Source of the DNA: Octopus sinensis
Lineage: Eukaryota
Direction: 5' to 3'
Length of the DNA stretch: 64,000 nucleotides
NCBI RefSeq assembly: GCF_006345805.1
Contig: NC_043007.1
Location: forward strand, 74,586,001 to 74,650,000
Program-made: the position numbers and the translations under genes
In this document: positions 25,704 through 39,025 of the stretch, piece after piece
Layout: every line of letters begins with the position of its first letter
Position numbering within the stretch: position 1 is the stretch's first letter
The notes under the pieces: generated by a model
Seen by the model: the letters and a program-made list of their open reading frames with translations, nothing else
Told to the model about the DNA's origin: nothing
Databases searched by the model: none

Positions 25704-26129
25704 ATGTATGTATGTATGTATGTATGTATGTATGTATGTATGTATGTATGTATGTATGTATGTATGTATATATGTATGCTTGTACGTACGTACATATGTA
25801 TGTTTGTACATATTTCTGTGCATGTATGTACATGTGTATGTATGTATGTATGTATGTATGTATGCACGTACGTATGTGTGTGTATGCATGTATGTATGTA
25901 CGTATGTATACTTGTACGTACATATGTATGTGTATGTATGTATGCTTGTACGTACGTACATATGTGTGTATGTATATATGTACGTATGTATGCTTGTACG
26001 TACGTACATATGTATGTATGTACATATTTCTGTGCATGTATGTGCATGTGTATATATGTATGTATTGCGTGTGTGTGTATGTATGCATGCATTTATGTAT
26101 GTATGTATGTATGCATGTATGTATGTATG

Positions 26130-26163
<34 letters not shown>

Positions 26164-26180
26164 TGTATGCATGCATGTAT
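25704..26180. repeat. (TATG)n microsatellite with higher-order variant units
   Basis: Recurrent ATGCTTGTACGTACGTACATATG and TACATATTTCTGTGCATG blocks. Confidence 0.9.
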
Positions 26181-26703
26181 ATATGGAAGATGGATGGCTA
26201 AGCGAATGAATGAATGAATAAATAAATGATTGAACGGATTGACGGATTGTAGCAAATGCAGATATTTTGCAGAACGTCATTGTCTTCTGCCCTTTGGTAG
26301 ATATCCATTGTTTGTTTTTTCTTTCCTTCAGAAAACTGCAGATTACACTTGCATACTCCAGTTTTGGTTTTGGGTTGTGTCGGTTTTGTTAGCCATTCGT
26401 CTTTTGTCCGTGTGCGATTTCACCAAAACGATTAAATTTGCAATAACTCAAGCAGCAACTCGACATCCATTGTTGATAACGCATTCACCAATTTAGATGC
26501 TCAACTCTATCATAGTATATATATATTATCCTTTGTAATTTATCAAATATCCACCGGAGACATCATGTACAGGAATTAAAAAGAATATCATATAAAATAT
26601 TACGTGCAATCCAAATTTTGTAAACATAGAAATTTAGTTATTAACCAACGCTTGATTTAAATACGTCTGAGAAAAGAAATAAAGTCGGTGGGCTTGCAGC
26701 TTG

Positions 26704-28160
26704 GCACCTAGAGAGGCAAGTCCATGCCGTCCAACAGCGTTGTTGGGCGCTGGACGGACGGACCGGTAAAGTTGCTTGGGGTTTGATTCGGATCAGACTT
26801 CCAGGTGGTTAAGAATTGGGACGAGGTGACGAACAGAGTAGCCAGTCTCACCCAGAAATGGGATGCGAGGAAGCTATCACTGAAAGGTCGGGCAGAGGTG
26901 GCGAATGCGTACATCGCATCCATCATCTACTACCGCCTGACCATCGTGCCTAGCTCCCGTTCGCGCTTCGCCAAGTTGGAGCGCCTCCTCTTCAAATTCT
27001 TGTGGAAGGGCAGGTTCTGTTGGTGAAGCAGTCCATCTGCTGCCAGTACCCTCTACGTGGAGGGCTGGGCATACCGTGGCTAATACTGCATAGACATGCG
27101 CTGAGGCTGCGGCATCTCCAGATATTCTGCCTAAACGGTGAACAGGTGTGGTTGCCGTTTGTCAAATATCCTTTCCCCAGCTCGTCTTCTTGATTGACCT
27201 GCAGTCCTGGGTCAAGAAGAGACTCATACAGAGTGACTGGCATCTGGAATGTTGCCAGGCACTCACTGCGCTCTACCAGGCGGGAAAATTGGCCAGTGGA
27301 ACATCCACTCTTGAGTTCTATAGAGGATTAGCGGTGGGAAAGTGTGATGACGCACTCGGAGAGGTACTAAGAGTCGACGAAGTTCAACTGACCAGACTGA
27401 ACTTTCGAGCCTGGGACGATGGATAACTTCTAGAAATCCCTCGCTTGGCAGTGCTACGGGAAGGCTCTGCTGGTTCGAGATAAACCCTACAAGCACAGAA
27501 GTGCTGTCAAACGGACCTACCCGAGATGCGCGCAGAGCAACGAAGCCGTTCTTCACGCACTCGTCCAGTATCCATGCTCTACTGACTTGTGGAGTTATGT
27601 CGCACAGTTGTTGTTGCGTGTAGGACGGATCCAGCTATCCGCCGAGTCTATAATGAAGATTGGCCCGCCGCCTTCATTTGGCCAGGAAGAGAAAGCAATT
27701 TTCCTGTCTGGTAGCAGTAGCGAAAGATGTTGTATGATAGAGCAGTTTGAAAGGGCTGAAGACAGACACTTTTCTCTTCGGCCAATCCCTCGTCAACTTT
27801 TTAAAATTTCACTTGGAAAAAAAGATGAGGGTGGGGAGAGAGTACTGAAAGGTGGGTGAATGTAGCGAAAATGGCACATGTAAATGGACCTGCTCTAAAA
27901 ATGCACCTGTAGGTTGGTGAATTTGAGGAGGAGAGGTGTACTCTTCTCGAGTACCCTCGAAGTTTCAGGTGGTTCAGAATTGGTGTGGTACCTGAGCTAA
28001 CCTTGTGTGGTTATCCCTCCTATTGGGGAAATCTCATTGTTATATCTTTTTTGTTTAATGTTTATTGTTATTGTTTTCCTAATTGCTTACTCGTTGTTTT
28101 GTGTAAAAAAAACTCACTGTCCCTGTCTACTGTATTGTCCCCTATATGTCGGCCTTTAAA
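26704..28160 (+). mobile_element. 5'-truncated Tx1/L1-clade LINE (ORF2 C-terminus + 3'UTR), frameshifted
   Basis: KLLGVWFG, RKLSLKGRAEVAN, FKFLWKG, GGLG.P and TCPRC....E...HAL zinc-knuckle motifs. Confidence 0.8.
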
Positions 28161-28380
28161 AAATATTCATACAAATACATAACAAAAACACCAGGACTAA
28201 CAAATATATATATAACATACAGAAAATATCACTACTAGGCACCACATACATCTTACGCAAAACACTTTCAATACAGTAACCATCAGAGCATCACAACAAA
28301 CCACAGCACATACCCAAGGCACACAGAGCTGCGCTCGGTAGTGAAGTGAAAGCACGTTATAGAAATAAGACTATTGAATA
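28157..28380 (+). mobile_element. R4/Dong-like 3' end (family 2), tail running into (AAC/AAT)n
   Basis: Inverted homolog of 29737-29960. Confidence 0.75.
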
Positions 28381-28431
28381 ACAACAACAACAACAATAAT
28401 AATAATTATAATTATAATTATTATTATTATA

Positions 28432-28477
<46 letters not shown>

Positions 28478-28500
28478 TATTATTATTATTATTATTATTA

Positions 28501-29655
28501 TTCTATGTTTGACTTTTGCTTTATATTCGTACAAGTTGGCTCCAAGTCTCACCCAGAGACCTCAAGAGACAACAGGGTTGGAAGTTCATGTTGTTGTTAT
28601 GCCTAGTGTGCCATATATTTGGGGGGTGGGGATGTTGTACTAATGAATGTCTAAAAAAAAAAGTTTTTTTTTTTTTTTTTTAAACCGAAAATTATGTTTG
28701 TTTTAAACCTTGAGATTACATAGAGAGTATTTTGCGTAGGATATGAGCAGTTCCCATGAGCACTATCTTTTGAACTTCTGCCATTTTTGGGTTTCCTGGT
28801 ATCTGAGTTAGGTAGCTATCAGCCCCTTTTGCTATCATTCCCAGGGCACCTATGACAACAGGTATTGTTTTAGTCTTCAGCTTCCACATTTTGCTGATTT
28901 CTATTTCAAGATCTTTATATTTGCTTAGTTTTTGGTAGGTCTTGACAGATACGTTTATATCGATTGGGACAGTCATATCAATGAGGAGGCATGTTCTTTG
29001 TTTGAAGTCTTTCAATATGATGTCTGGCCTATTTGCATCTATCTTCCTGTCAGTTTGAATGGTGAAGTTCCAGAGGAGTGAGATGTGGTCATTTTCAAGC
29101 ACTGGGGGTGGTTTGTGTTCCCACCAGTTTTTTTCATGGGGCAAATCCAGGTTTTTACAGATTACCCAGTGAATATATTGTGCAGCTCTATCGTGCCTGT
29201 TGAGATACTCTGTAGGCGCTAGAAGACTGCACTTGGAGACCACATGGTCAATGGTTTCATTTTGTTGCTTGCATACACGACACGTTGGACTGCTTCTGAT
29301 CTTTAATATGTTGGCCTGGTAGTTTCTTGTTGGTAGGCATTGATCTTGAGCTGCTATGATAAACCCCTCTGTTTCAGATTTTAAGCCAGAGGCCATTAGC
29401 CATTGATGGGTCAGGGCTTTGTCGATATCTGCATTATTCGCTCTCTTTGGGTATTTGCCATAGAGAGGTTTTTCTTGCCATTTATTATTCAGAATATCTA
29501 AGGCCGCAGTTTTGGCACGGGTTTTCATGCGCCTAGCTTTTTCTGTGCTTGTTTCTTGTATATCTATCTCTAATTCCGAAATTGGTTGTATTCGGAATTC
29601 ACTTAGATATTCCTTTGCCTGTTTTGTGACTGAGTATGATGCTTTCTTGTTTTCA

Positions 29656-29658
<3 letters not shown>
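28501..29658 (-). mobile_element. R4/Dong-clade RLE retrotransposon 3' fragment (family 1), copy 1; 270-aa ORF 28716-29528
   Basis: CCHC knuckle (CRVC...ETIDHVVSKC), RHD, NRPDI..KD and KY.DL restriction-like endonuclease motifs; both ends abut (TTA)n. Confidence 0.9.
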
Positions 29659-29736
<78 letters not shown>

Positions 29737-29740
<4 letters not shown>

Positions 29741-30150
29741 TAGTTTTATTTTTATAGCATGCTTTCACTTCATTATCGAGTGCATCTCTGTGTGCCTTGG
29801 GTATGTGTTGTGATGCTTTGATGGTTACTGTATTGAAATTGTTTTGTGTCGGATGTGTGCAGTGCCCAGTAGTGCAACATTTTCTGTATGTTATATATAT
29901 TTGTAAGTCCTGGTGTTTTTGTTATGTATTTGTCTGAATATTTTTTTATCATACCTAATGCGCCTACTATGATAGGAATCGTTTCTGTTTTTAGATTCCA
30001 CATTCGAGTCACTTCTATTTCCAGGTCTTTGTATTTTGAAAGTTTCTCGATTTCTTTAAGAGACACGTTGTCATCTGCTGGTATCGATACATCAATTAGA
30101 AAGCATTTTTTTCTTCATGATCTCTGACAACTATATCTGGCCTATTGGCC
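29737..30150 (-). mobile_element. R4/Dong-like short 3' fragment (family 2), copy 1
   Basis: EKLSKYKDLEIEVTRMW...PIIVGALG; flanked by (TTA)n. Confidence 0.85.
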
Positions 30151-30159
30151 TTAATTTCT

Positions 30160-30160
30160 C

Positions 30161-30243
<83 letters not shown>

Positions 30244-30247
30244 CGTT

Positions 30248-30320
<73 letters not shown>

Positions 30321-30324
30321 CGTT

Positions 30325-30358
<34 letters not shown>

Positions 30359-30452
30359 TATTATTATTATTATATTATTATTATTATTATCGTTAGTATT
30401 ATTATTATTATTATTATTATATTATTATTATTATTAATTATTATTATTATTA

Positions 30453-30487
<35 letters not shown>

Positions 30488-30505
30488 TATTATTATTATT
30501 ATTAT
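30160..30505. repeat. (TTA)n with TCGTTAGTA interruptions
   Basis: Same interrupted pattern again at 32160-32665. Confidence 0.9.
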
Positions 30506-31662
30506 TCTATGTTTGACTTTTGCTTTATATTCGTACAAGTTGGCTCCAAGTCTCACCCAGAGACCTCAAGAGACAACAGGGTTGGAAGTTCATGTTGTTG
30601 TTATGCCTAGTGTGCCATATATTTGGGGGGTGGGGATGTTGTACTAATGAATGTCTAAAAAAAAAAGTTTTTTTTTTTTTTTTTTAAACCGAAAATTATG
30701 TTTGTTTTAAACCTTGAGATTACATAGAGAGTATTTTGCGTAGGATATGAGCAGTTCCCATGAGCACTATCTTTTGAACTTCTGCCATTTTTGGGTTTCC
30801 TGGTATCTGAGTTAGGTAGCTATCAGCCCCTTTTGCTATCATTCCCAGGGCACCTATGACAACAGGTATTGTTTTAGTCTTCAGCTTCCACATTTTGCTG
30901 ATTTCTATTTCAAGATCTTTATATTTGCTTAGTTTTTGGTAGGTCTTGACAGATACGTTTATATCGATTGGGACAGTCATATCAATGAGGAGGCATGTTC
31001 TTTGTTTGAAGTCTTTCAATATGATGTCTGGCCTATTTGCATCTATCTTCCTGTCAGTTTGAATGGTGAAGTTCCAGAGGAGTGAGATGTGGTCATTTTC
31101 AAGCACTGGGGGTGGTTTGTGTTCCCACCAGTTTTTTTCATGGGGCAAATCCAGGTTTTTACAGATTACCCAGTGAATATATTGTGCAGCTCTATCGTGC
31201 CTGTTGAGATACTCTGTAGGCGCTAGAAGACTGCACTTGGAGACCACATGGTCAATGGTTTCATTTTGTTGCTTGCATACACGACACGTTGGACTGCTTC
31301 TGATCTTTAATATGTTGGCCTGGTAGTTTCTTGTTGGTAGGCATTGATCTTGAGCTGCTATGATAAACCCCTCTGTTTCAGATTTTAAGCCAGAGGCCAT
31401 TAGCCATTGATGGGTCAGGGCTTTGTCGATATCTGCATTATTCGCTCTCTTTGGGTATTTGCCATAGAGAGGTTTTTCTTGCCATTTATTATTCAGAATA
31501 TCTAAGGCCGCAGTTTTGGCACGGGTTTTCATGCGCCTAGCTTTTTCTGTGCTTGTTTCTTGTATATCTATCTCTAATTCCGAAATTGGTTGTATTCGGA
31601 ATTCACTTAGATATTCCTTTGCCTGTTTTGTGACTGAGTATGATGCTTTCTTGTTTTCATGT
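30505..31662 (-). mobile_element. R4/Dong-clade fragment (family 1), copy 2; ORF 30720-31532
   Basis: Translation identical to copy 1; offset 2004 bp. Confidence 0.9.
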
Positions 31663-31664
31663 TA

Positions 31665-31736
<72 letters not shown>

Positions 31737-31740
<4 letters not shown>

Positions 31741-32150
31741 TAGTTTTATTTTTATAGCATGCTTTCACTTCATTATCGAGTGCATCTCTGTGTGCCTTGG
31801 GTATGTGTTGTGATGCTTTGATGGTTACTGTATTGAAATTGTTTTGTGTCGGATGTGTGCAGTGCCCAGTAGTGCAACATTTTCTGTATGTTATATATAT
31901 TTGTAAGTCCTGGTGTTTTTGTTATGTATTTGTCTGAATATTTTTTTATCATACCTAATGCGCCTACTATGATAGGAATCGTTTCTGTTTTTAGATTCCA
32001 CATTCGAGTCACTTCTATTTCCAGGTCTTTGTATTTTGAAAGTTTCTCGATTTCTTTAAGAGACACGTTGTCATCTGCTGGTATCGATACATCAATTAGA
32101 AAGCATTTTTTTCTTCATGATCTCTGACAACTATATCTGGCCTATTGGCC
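31737..32150 (-). mobile_element. R4/Dong-like short fragment (family 2), copy 2
   Basis: Translation identical to 29773-30066. Confidence 0.85.
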
Positions 32151-32160
32151 TTAATTTCTC

Positions 32161-32227
<67 letters not shown>

Positions 32228-32323
32228 TATTATTATTATTATTATTATTAATTATTATTATTATTATTATTATATTATTATTATTATTATATTATTATTA
32301 TTATTATTATTATTATTATCGTT

Positions 32324-32381
<58 letters not shown>

Positions 32382-32394
32382 TATTATTATCGTT

Positions 32395-32453
<59 letters not shown>

Positions 32454-32457
32454 CGTT

Positions 32458-32522
<65 letters not shown>

Positions 32523-32526
32523 CGTT

Positions 32527-32585
<59 letters not shown>

Positions 32586-32613
32586 CGTTAGTATTATTTT
32601 ATTATTATTATTA

Positions 32614-32649
<36 letters not shown>

Positions 32650-33824
32650 CGTTAGTATTATTATACTGTAAAAGGAACTATCATAACAATGGACCGGTGA
32701 CAGTTACCAGTACCAGCTGATCTAAGGCTATAGCTAAGATACTTTTGTGATGTTTTGTAAAGTGCTGCTACATTGCTTTAAATATTACATGTTTTAATGC
32801 ACTAAAATATGTACTTATGAAATGGGGTGCATAATATGCCTGCAAATTCTTTTATGCCATCAGATACCGTAAAAACGCTTGAGCTAATTTTGAAGCAAAA
32901 CAAATAATGAAAAAATAAATGGAGACATACATAATCGCAACACTTTTTTTTTTTGATGATTTCAAATTTTTTTATTAATTTTTCTTTTGCTTTTCTTTTA
33001 CAGATTTTGTCAAAAACTTTGCGGAAACAAACCATCACAGCATGCTCGCACTTCAGCATTCTAACATCAGGACTGGAAAAATTGTAGGAATATTAACAGT
33101 TGTAGGAAATCTCAGCATTATACTTACTACACAGATCATTTCGGTGTTGTGAAATAACTGTACAAATCAATAGTAACTAGGACATGGTGAGCTCCAGTGA
33201 GTCGAATTCATAAAATGGTTTCGCATCCTTGTTTCGCTATTTCACTTCACTAATATTGCTGAAACTCTTATTAAAGGCTTCAATGCCATACAATTCCTTA
33301 TTCTTTACCAATGAGTTTGTGGCCATTTATTTAAATAAAAATGTTCACAGCATCCACCAAGATATAGCTAGACAATATACTGCCATAAACCTCTCAGAAC
33401 ATCACATAGACTTTATCTCAAAGAATAGTTAAAATCTCAAAGAATAGTTAAATTTCCTTAACAACTGACAAAAAAATTGGTAAAGAATATCGCGTTCTTC
33501 AGTGTAAACTAATTCTTGTTATGTTTTCTTTGAGTGCTCCCAAAACCAGATCCAAAGTACAATAATGAATTTTTCCTTCGTAAAAATATTTCTAAAATCA
33601 TGACTCGCACCACTCAAGTTTAATAAAAATGGTTACATCACTTATAAAAATGGTGTTTCGGTTTTCATTTTTATATTTCCATTATATGTCTGTTATATAT
33701 CTATTATATGTCCATTATATGTTTATTCCATTAGCAATTATATAAAGCTGAGTCTTGAACACAAATGATGCACCTAAAAAAGTTTTATTCATTCAGTTTT
33801 AATTTTTTTAGATTTGTAATAAAA

Positions 33825-33990
33825 ATCGTGGCTGTGTGGTTAAGAAACTCTGCAATCACACGGTTTCGGGTTCAGTTCCATTGTGCGGCACATTTAAAAA
33901 AGTGTCTTCTAATATAGCCTTGGGCCAACAAATGCCCTTGTGAGTGAATTTGTATGGAAGCTCATCTCATATATGTATATATGTATTTAT
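33825..33990 (+). mobile_element. SINE family B head
   Basis: GTGGCTGTGTGGTTAAG...GGGTTCAGTTCC. Confidence 0.65.
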
Positions 33991-34324
33991 GATTTTTCTT
34001 TGAGTTTAATTTAAGTTCTTGAGAGAATCCAAGCTAGTTGCTATAACAAAGCAACACAACCTTTGGAGTTATCAGAGTTCCCAGTGTTTGTAAATATGTG
34101 GTTGAGTTGGCGTGTTGGTTGAACTGTTGATGCATACAGCCAAGTGTGTGCTTCTATACACATAAGAATCTCACATGGAGAATTTCTGGAATGTCTTACA
34201 AATCTTCACCGTGCCACTAATAGATTGGATTTGTAGTATCCGCATCAGTTTTATTTTTGTTCTTTTTCTGTGAAATCAAGTATTTCTAGGTTTTCCAGAG
34301 ATTAGTTTCATGGTCATTGCTACT

Positions 34325-34365
34325 CCAGACTGATGATGAGCAATGGCTCTGAAACTAGTCTCTAG
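34325..34365 (+). ncRNA. Minimal type-I hammerhead ribozyme with canonical core and GUC site
   Basis: AGA-CTGATGA-T-GAGC(AATG)GCTC-T-GAAA-CTAG-TC-TCT. Confidence 0.7.
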
Positions 34366-34671
34366 CTGCTGGCTTTCCTGGGTGGAGGTGCTTATCTCCA
34401 CTTTGCAAACATAAGGGCACAGGAAATGTGTCAAGTCCAACAGGCAACGGTGTTTCCTGGGGCTAAATAACAGTAGAATTCTTCCCTTTTATGGGACTGT
34501 CACATTAAGTTGACAACATGCTATCATATTGACACAGTACATTTAACAATATGTAAGTTTTTATTTTTATCCATGGACGATATCAACTGAAATCAACAAG
34601 TTTTCAAATAATATTGAATCGCTGTCAGATATATTATATGACGAGCAACAAAAATGCTCTGCGACGAGCGG

Positions 34672-34693
34672 AATAATAATAATAATAATAATA

Positions 34694-34735
<42 letters not shown>

Positions 34736-34747
34736 TAATAATAATAG

Positions 34748-34794
<47 letters not shown>

Positions 34795-34799
34795 AGTGG

Positions 34800-34867
<68 letters not shown>

Positions 34868-34915
34868 GTGGTGGTGATGATGATGGTGGTGATTATGATG
34901 ATGATTATGATGATT
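34672..34915. repeat. Compound (AAT)n(GAT)n(GGT)n microsatellite
   Basis: Direct inspection. Confidence 0.9.
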
Positions 34916-35129
34916 TCGGTTATTTGCCACCAGGATGAGGAGACATATACAAACACTGACATAAAGTGTAGGGAGTTGCATATGATGGAATGATAAAAAG
35001 AAAAAAGGAAGAAACTATACATGGTATACATAAGAAAAAGGTAGGTGTATATAGTATACGACACTAGATGACGAGGAGGGAAATGATAGTGATGGGGGTC
35101 CTCCTGAATCAGGGGGACCTCTAGAGATA

Positions 35130-35520
35130 ATCAAGGAACCCCACCATCCAATATCACCCTGAATACCAAGGACAAGTGCCCTCTCCAAATCCTTTCTTCC
35201 GACTCACAGGCCTACACTGAAAGTGGTACCATCCACTCTTGCCATTTTCGCAATTTTCACCCACCTTTTCATAAATTCTCTGGAGGATAGCACCTCCCTT
35301 TCCACCCTTACTTTCCTTTTCAAGTGAAACTTGAAAAAAATCGATGGGTGCTTTACCAAAGAGGAATGTTTCTGTCCTGGTTCCTTTCAGCCTCCTTCCT
35401 CCAACAGATAACCTCTTTCGCCACAGCCACCGACAAAGGAAAACTGCCTTGCTTCTCCGATTAAAGGAGGGCGGCGGGGCAATTATAATTGTGGACAATT
35501 ATAATTGTGCTGACAAACGG
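35130..35520 (+). mobile_element. Old Penelope-like N-terminal/RT-proximal relic
   Basis: KEGGGAIIIVD resembles the PLE ADKG.AIVIMD motif. Confidence 0.35.
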
Positions 35521-35990
35521 ATCCGTCCCACATGCGACACCAGCTGTTCAACATAACCCTACATGTCAGCAATGGCCAGACACTGAACGAGTGTCTGGTG
35601 TACCCTTATCAGACGGGTACTCATGATAGGTACAGTGGGCTTCGTATATTTGTACCCCAGTGTTACTTTAAAGGCATGTGCTTTTCTCTCACTCAACAAC
35701 AACAACAACAAAAATAATAATCTTTTGTACTATAGGTATGCTACCTGAAATCTACCTAGTAGTAGTCCTTTCTGATATAGGCACAAGGCCTGAAATTTTG
35801 GGGCGGGAATTAGTGGATTGCATCGACCCCGAAAGGAGGAAAGGCAAATACGACCTCAGCAAAATGATGATGATGATGGTAGTGGGCAGGGTCGTTGCAG
35901 AGACGACCTTAGGGGTTAACATCATTATCAGTCATATCGACGACGACAACAACATCATCAAAAACATAAACAAAGGCAACATCAACAGCA

Positions 35991-36247
35991 GGAGGCGCAA
36001 TGGCCCAATGGTTAGGGCAGCGGACTCGCGGTTTCGATTCCCAGACCAGGCGTTGTGTGTGTTTATTGAGCGAAAGCACCTAAAGCTCCACGAGGCTCCG
36101 GCAGGGGGTGGTGGCGACCCCTGTTGTACTCTCTCGCTCCAACTTTCTCTCACTCTTTCTTCCTGTTTCTTGTCCCCGACTTCCTACGCGGGTTCTTGAG
36201 ACGCGATCTTGCGAGTTCTGAGACGAAGACCGCTTCGCTCAACAAAC
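35991..36247 (+). mobile_element. tRNA-derived SINE family C, truncated, with 13-bp TSD
   Basis: GGAGGCGCAATGGCCCAATGGTTAGGGCAGCGG head; AACATCAACAGCA on both sides. Confidence 0.8.
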
Positions 36248-36362
36248 AAACATCAACAGCAACAATAATAACATAATTAGGCCTCCATAGCGCACATATG
36301 GTTGTGATGCATGTGCCTGGTGTACCCTTATCAAATGGGTAGTCATGATGGGTATGTTTGGC

Positions 36363-37516
36363 AGCATAGCTTCAGATTTCTGCCCCACCGACATTGGATG
36401 ATCGTAACTTTAAGAAAAATGGATATTTTTTAATGAAATTTTCTACGAATATGTGTTATATCATGTAGATTCCGAATATACAAAAGTTTTGAGGAAAGTG
36501 CTTTAGGAGGGGTGAGATGGGGAATTTCGAAATTTTACCGGAGTCCAATTCGTCTTAACTTTCAAGAAAATGGATATTTTTTGATGAAATTCTCTACAAA
36601 TATACCTCGGACTATGTAGATTCCGAGAACATAGGAATTTTGCGGGGAAAACAATTGGTGGGGGGGGGGGGAGAGTTATTTTTGAGAACTCGTAAGTGTT
36701 TCGAAATAAGTCATCCAAATTTGTTTCATTTTCTCCATTTTATACGTTTGCGCATCCGTAGATTTCTACTGAAGCAGCAAACAGACAAATGAAACCCTCA
36801 CCAGAAAACTCGTTATGCTAAAAATAACGGCTAACGGTCTGGTACACAGAAATACGTTATTAAGACGACTTATCTGGTGCATACGATTCTTTTTTTCAAT
36901 TAAAATTCCCAGGTAAACGTTTCTAATAGAAGGGCAGAAGACACCAGAAGCAAAAATAAGGAATATACACGCACAGTTAAATATAGAAGTGTAAAGTATA
37001 ATTTGTTACATAATCTCTATAATAAACATGATATTGAATGGAATAATTCCCGCTTGAACTTATTTTAATTGTGTGTGTGGTGTGTGTGTGTGTGTGTGTG
37101 TGTGTGTGGTAGAAATCTACGGATGCACAAACGCATAAAACGGAGAAAATGAAACAAATATGGACGATTTATTCCGAAACACACCCGAGTGGAGAACGGT
37201 TCTAAAAAAATCCCCAATTGTTTTTCCCCAAAATTCCTATGTCCTCGGAATCTACATAGTCTGAGGTATATTTGTAGAGAATTTCATCAAAAAATATCCA
37301 TTTACTTGAAAGTTAATACGAATTGAAGTGGACTCCGTTGAATTTTCCGAAATCCACCCCCTCGTAAAGCACCCCCCCCCACAAAAAAAACAAAAATTTA
37401 TATATTCGGAATCTACATGATAAAACACATATTCACAGAAAATCTCATAAAAAAATATCCATTTTTCTGAAAGTTATGATCATCCAAAGTCGGGGTCAGA
37501 AATCTGTGGTTATGCC
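36363..37516. mobile_element. Foldback-type element with ~400-bp modular TIRs
   Basis: 36363-36770 and 37109-37516 are inverted homologs, each with two ~150-bp sub-repeats (AAAATGGATATTTTT...TGTAGATTCCGA). Confidence 0.8.
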
Positions 37517-37588
37517 TATTTGATGGCATTTTCAAGGCATGCACTGCTCTGTCACTCAATGATGACGACGATGATGATGATGATGATG

Positions 37589-37640
<52 letters not shown>

Positions 37641-37721
37641 TGATAATAATAATAAATACCCTGATGCAATACCAGGCCGTGGCACTCATGGCTTCTGATC
37701 TTAACTGATTGGAAGTATTAT

Positions 37722-38273
37722 AAATGCCCTAATGCAATACCAGACAGTGGCTCTCGTGACTTCTGGTCTTAACTAATTCGAAGTGTTATCATGTATATTG
37801 TTTTGTCTTGGTATAAAAGATGGGCTACAGCAAATATTCTGCTCAATACCACAGATTTGCTTGTCAGTTGTTTAACCAGTTGAGCATGTCCCTTAGTGGC
37901 TGACGATATGTGCATCTCTGATCATGAGCAGAAGTAGTGAGAAAGCATCATGGCCATGTGTTGAAAGGAATTCTTAGAGGTTTGGATAATTCACCTTTGG
38001 AAACATGGGTGGTTCGTTCAACATCCTTAAACAATCCGTATTCAGGGACCTTTTGAGCGAGATGTGCTACTCGTCCAGAAGAAAATTCTAACTGGGCCCC
38101 ACCTGCTAGGTTATGTGCTGTTTATCTTGATATGAGATCACCATGTCGCGCACACATGGTTGTGATGCACGTGCCTGGTGTATCCTTATCAGACGGGTAG
38201 TCATGATGGGTATACTGAGCTTCGTATATTTTACCCCAGTGTCACTTTGATGGCATGCACTGCTCTCTCACTC
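37722..38273 (+). mobile_element. ~560-bp non-coding element embedded in (AAT)n, copy A
   Basis: AAATGCCCT.ATGCA.TACCAG start, CTCTCTCACTCA end; tandem copy B and partial copies nearby. Confidence 0.8.
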
Positions 38274-38280
38274 AGTGATG

Positions 38281-38349
<69 letters not shown>

Positions 38350-38353
<4 letters not shown>

Positions 38354-38908
38354 GCCCTGATGCAGTACCAGGCAGTGGCTCTCATGGCTTCTGATCTTAA
38401 CTGATTGGAAGTGTTATCATGTACATTGTTTTGTCTTGGTATAAAAGATGGGCTACAGCAAATATTCTGCTCAATACCACAGATTTGCTTGTCAGTTGTT
38501 TGGCCTTAACCAGTTGAGCATGTCCCTTAGTGGCTGACGATATGTGCATCTCTGATCACGAGCAGAAGTAGTGGGGGAGCATCATGGTCATGTGTTGAGA
38601 GGGATTCTTTGGGGTTTGAATAATTCACCTCTGGAAACATAGGTGTTTCGTTCAACATCCTAAAGCAACCCTTATTCAGGGACCTTTTGAGCAGGATGGG
38701 CTACTCAACCTGAAGAAAATTCTAACTGGGCCCCACCTGCAAGGTCATGTGCTGTTTATCTTGATATGAGATCACTATGTCGCGCACATATGGTTGTGAT
38801 GCATGTGCCTAGTGTACCTTTATCAGACGGGTAGTCATGATGGGTATATTGGGCTTCGTATATTTTACCCCAGTGTCACTTTGATGGCATGAACTGCTCT
38901 CTCACTCA
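38350..38908 (+). mobile_element. ~560-bp (AAT)n-embedded element, copy B
   Basis: Homologous to 37722-38273, ends CACTCAATAATAAT. Confidence 0.8.
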
Positions 38909-38987
38909 ATAATAATAATAATAATAATAATAATATTAGTGGACAAGTTCGTTGCAGAGACGACCTTCGGAGTTAACATCATCAGCC

Positions 38988-39025
<38 letters not shown>

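Noticed and set aside
35678-36199. 173-aa ORF
   Set aside because: Runs through SINE A and SINE C sequence and trinucleotide repeats.
38350-38430. HDV-like ribozyme at the 5' end of the 560-bp element
   Set aside because: The nested double pseudoknot could not be built by hand; only a simple hairpin.
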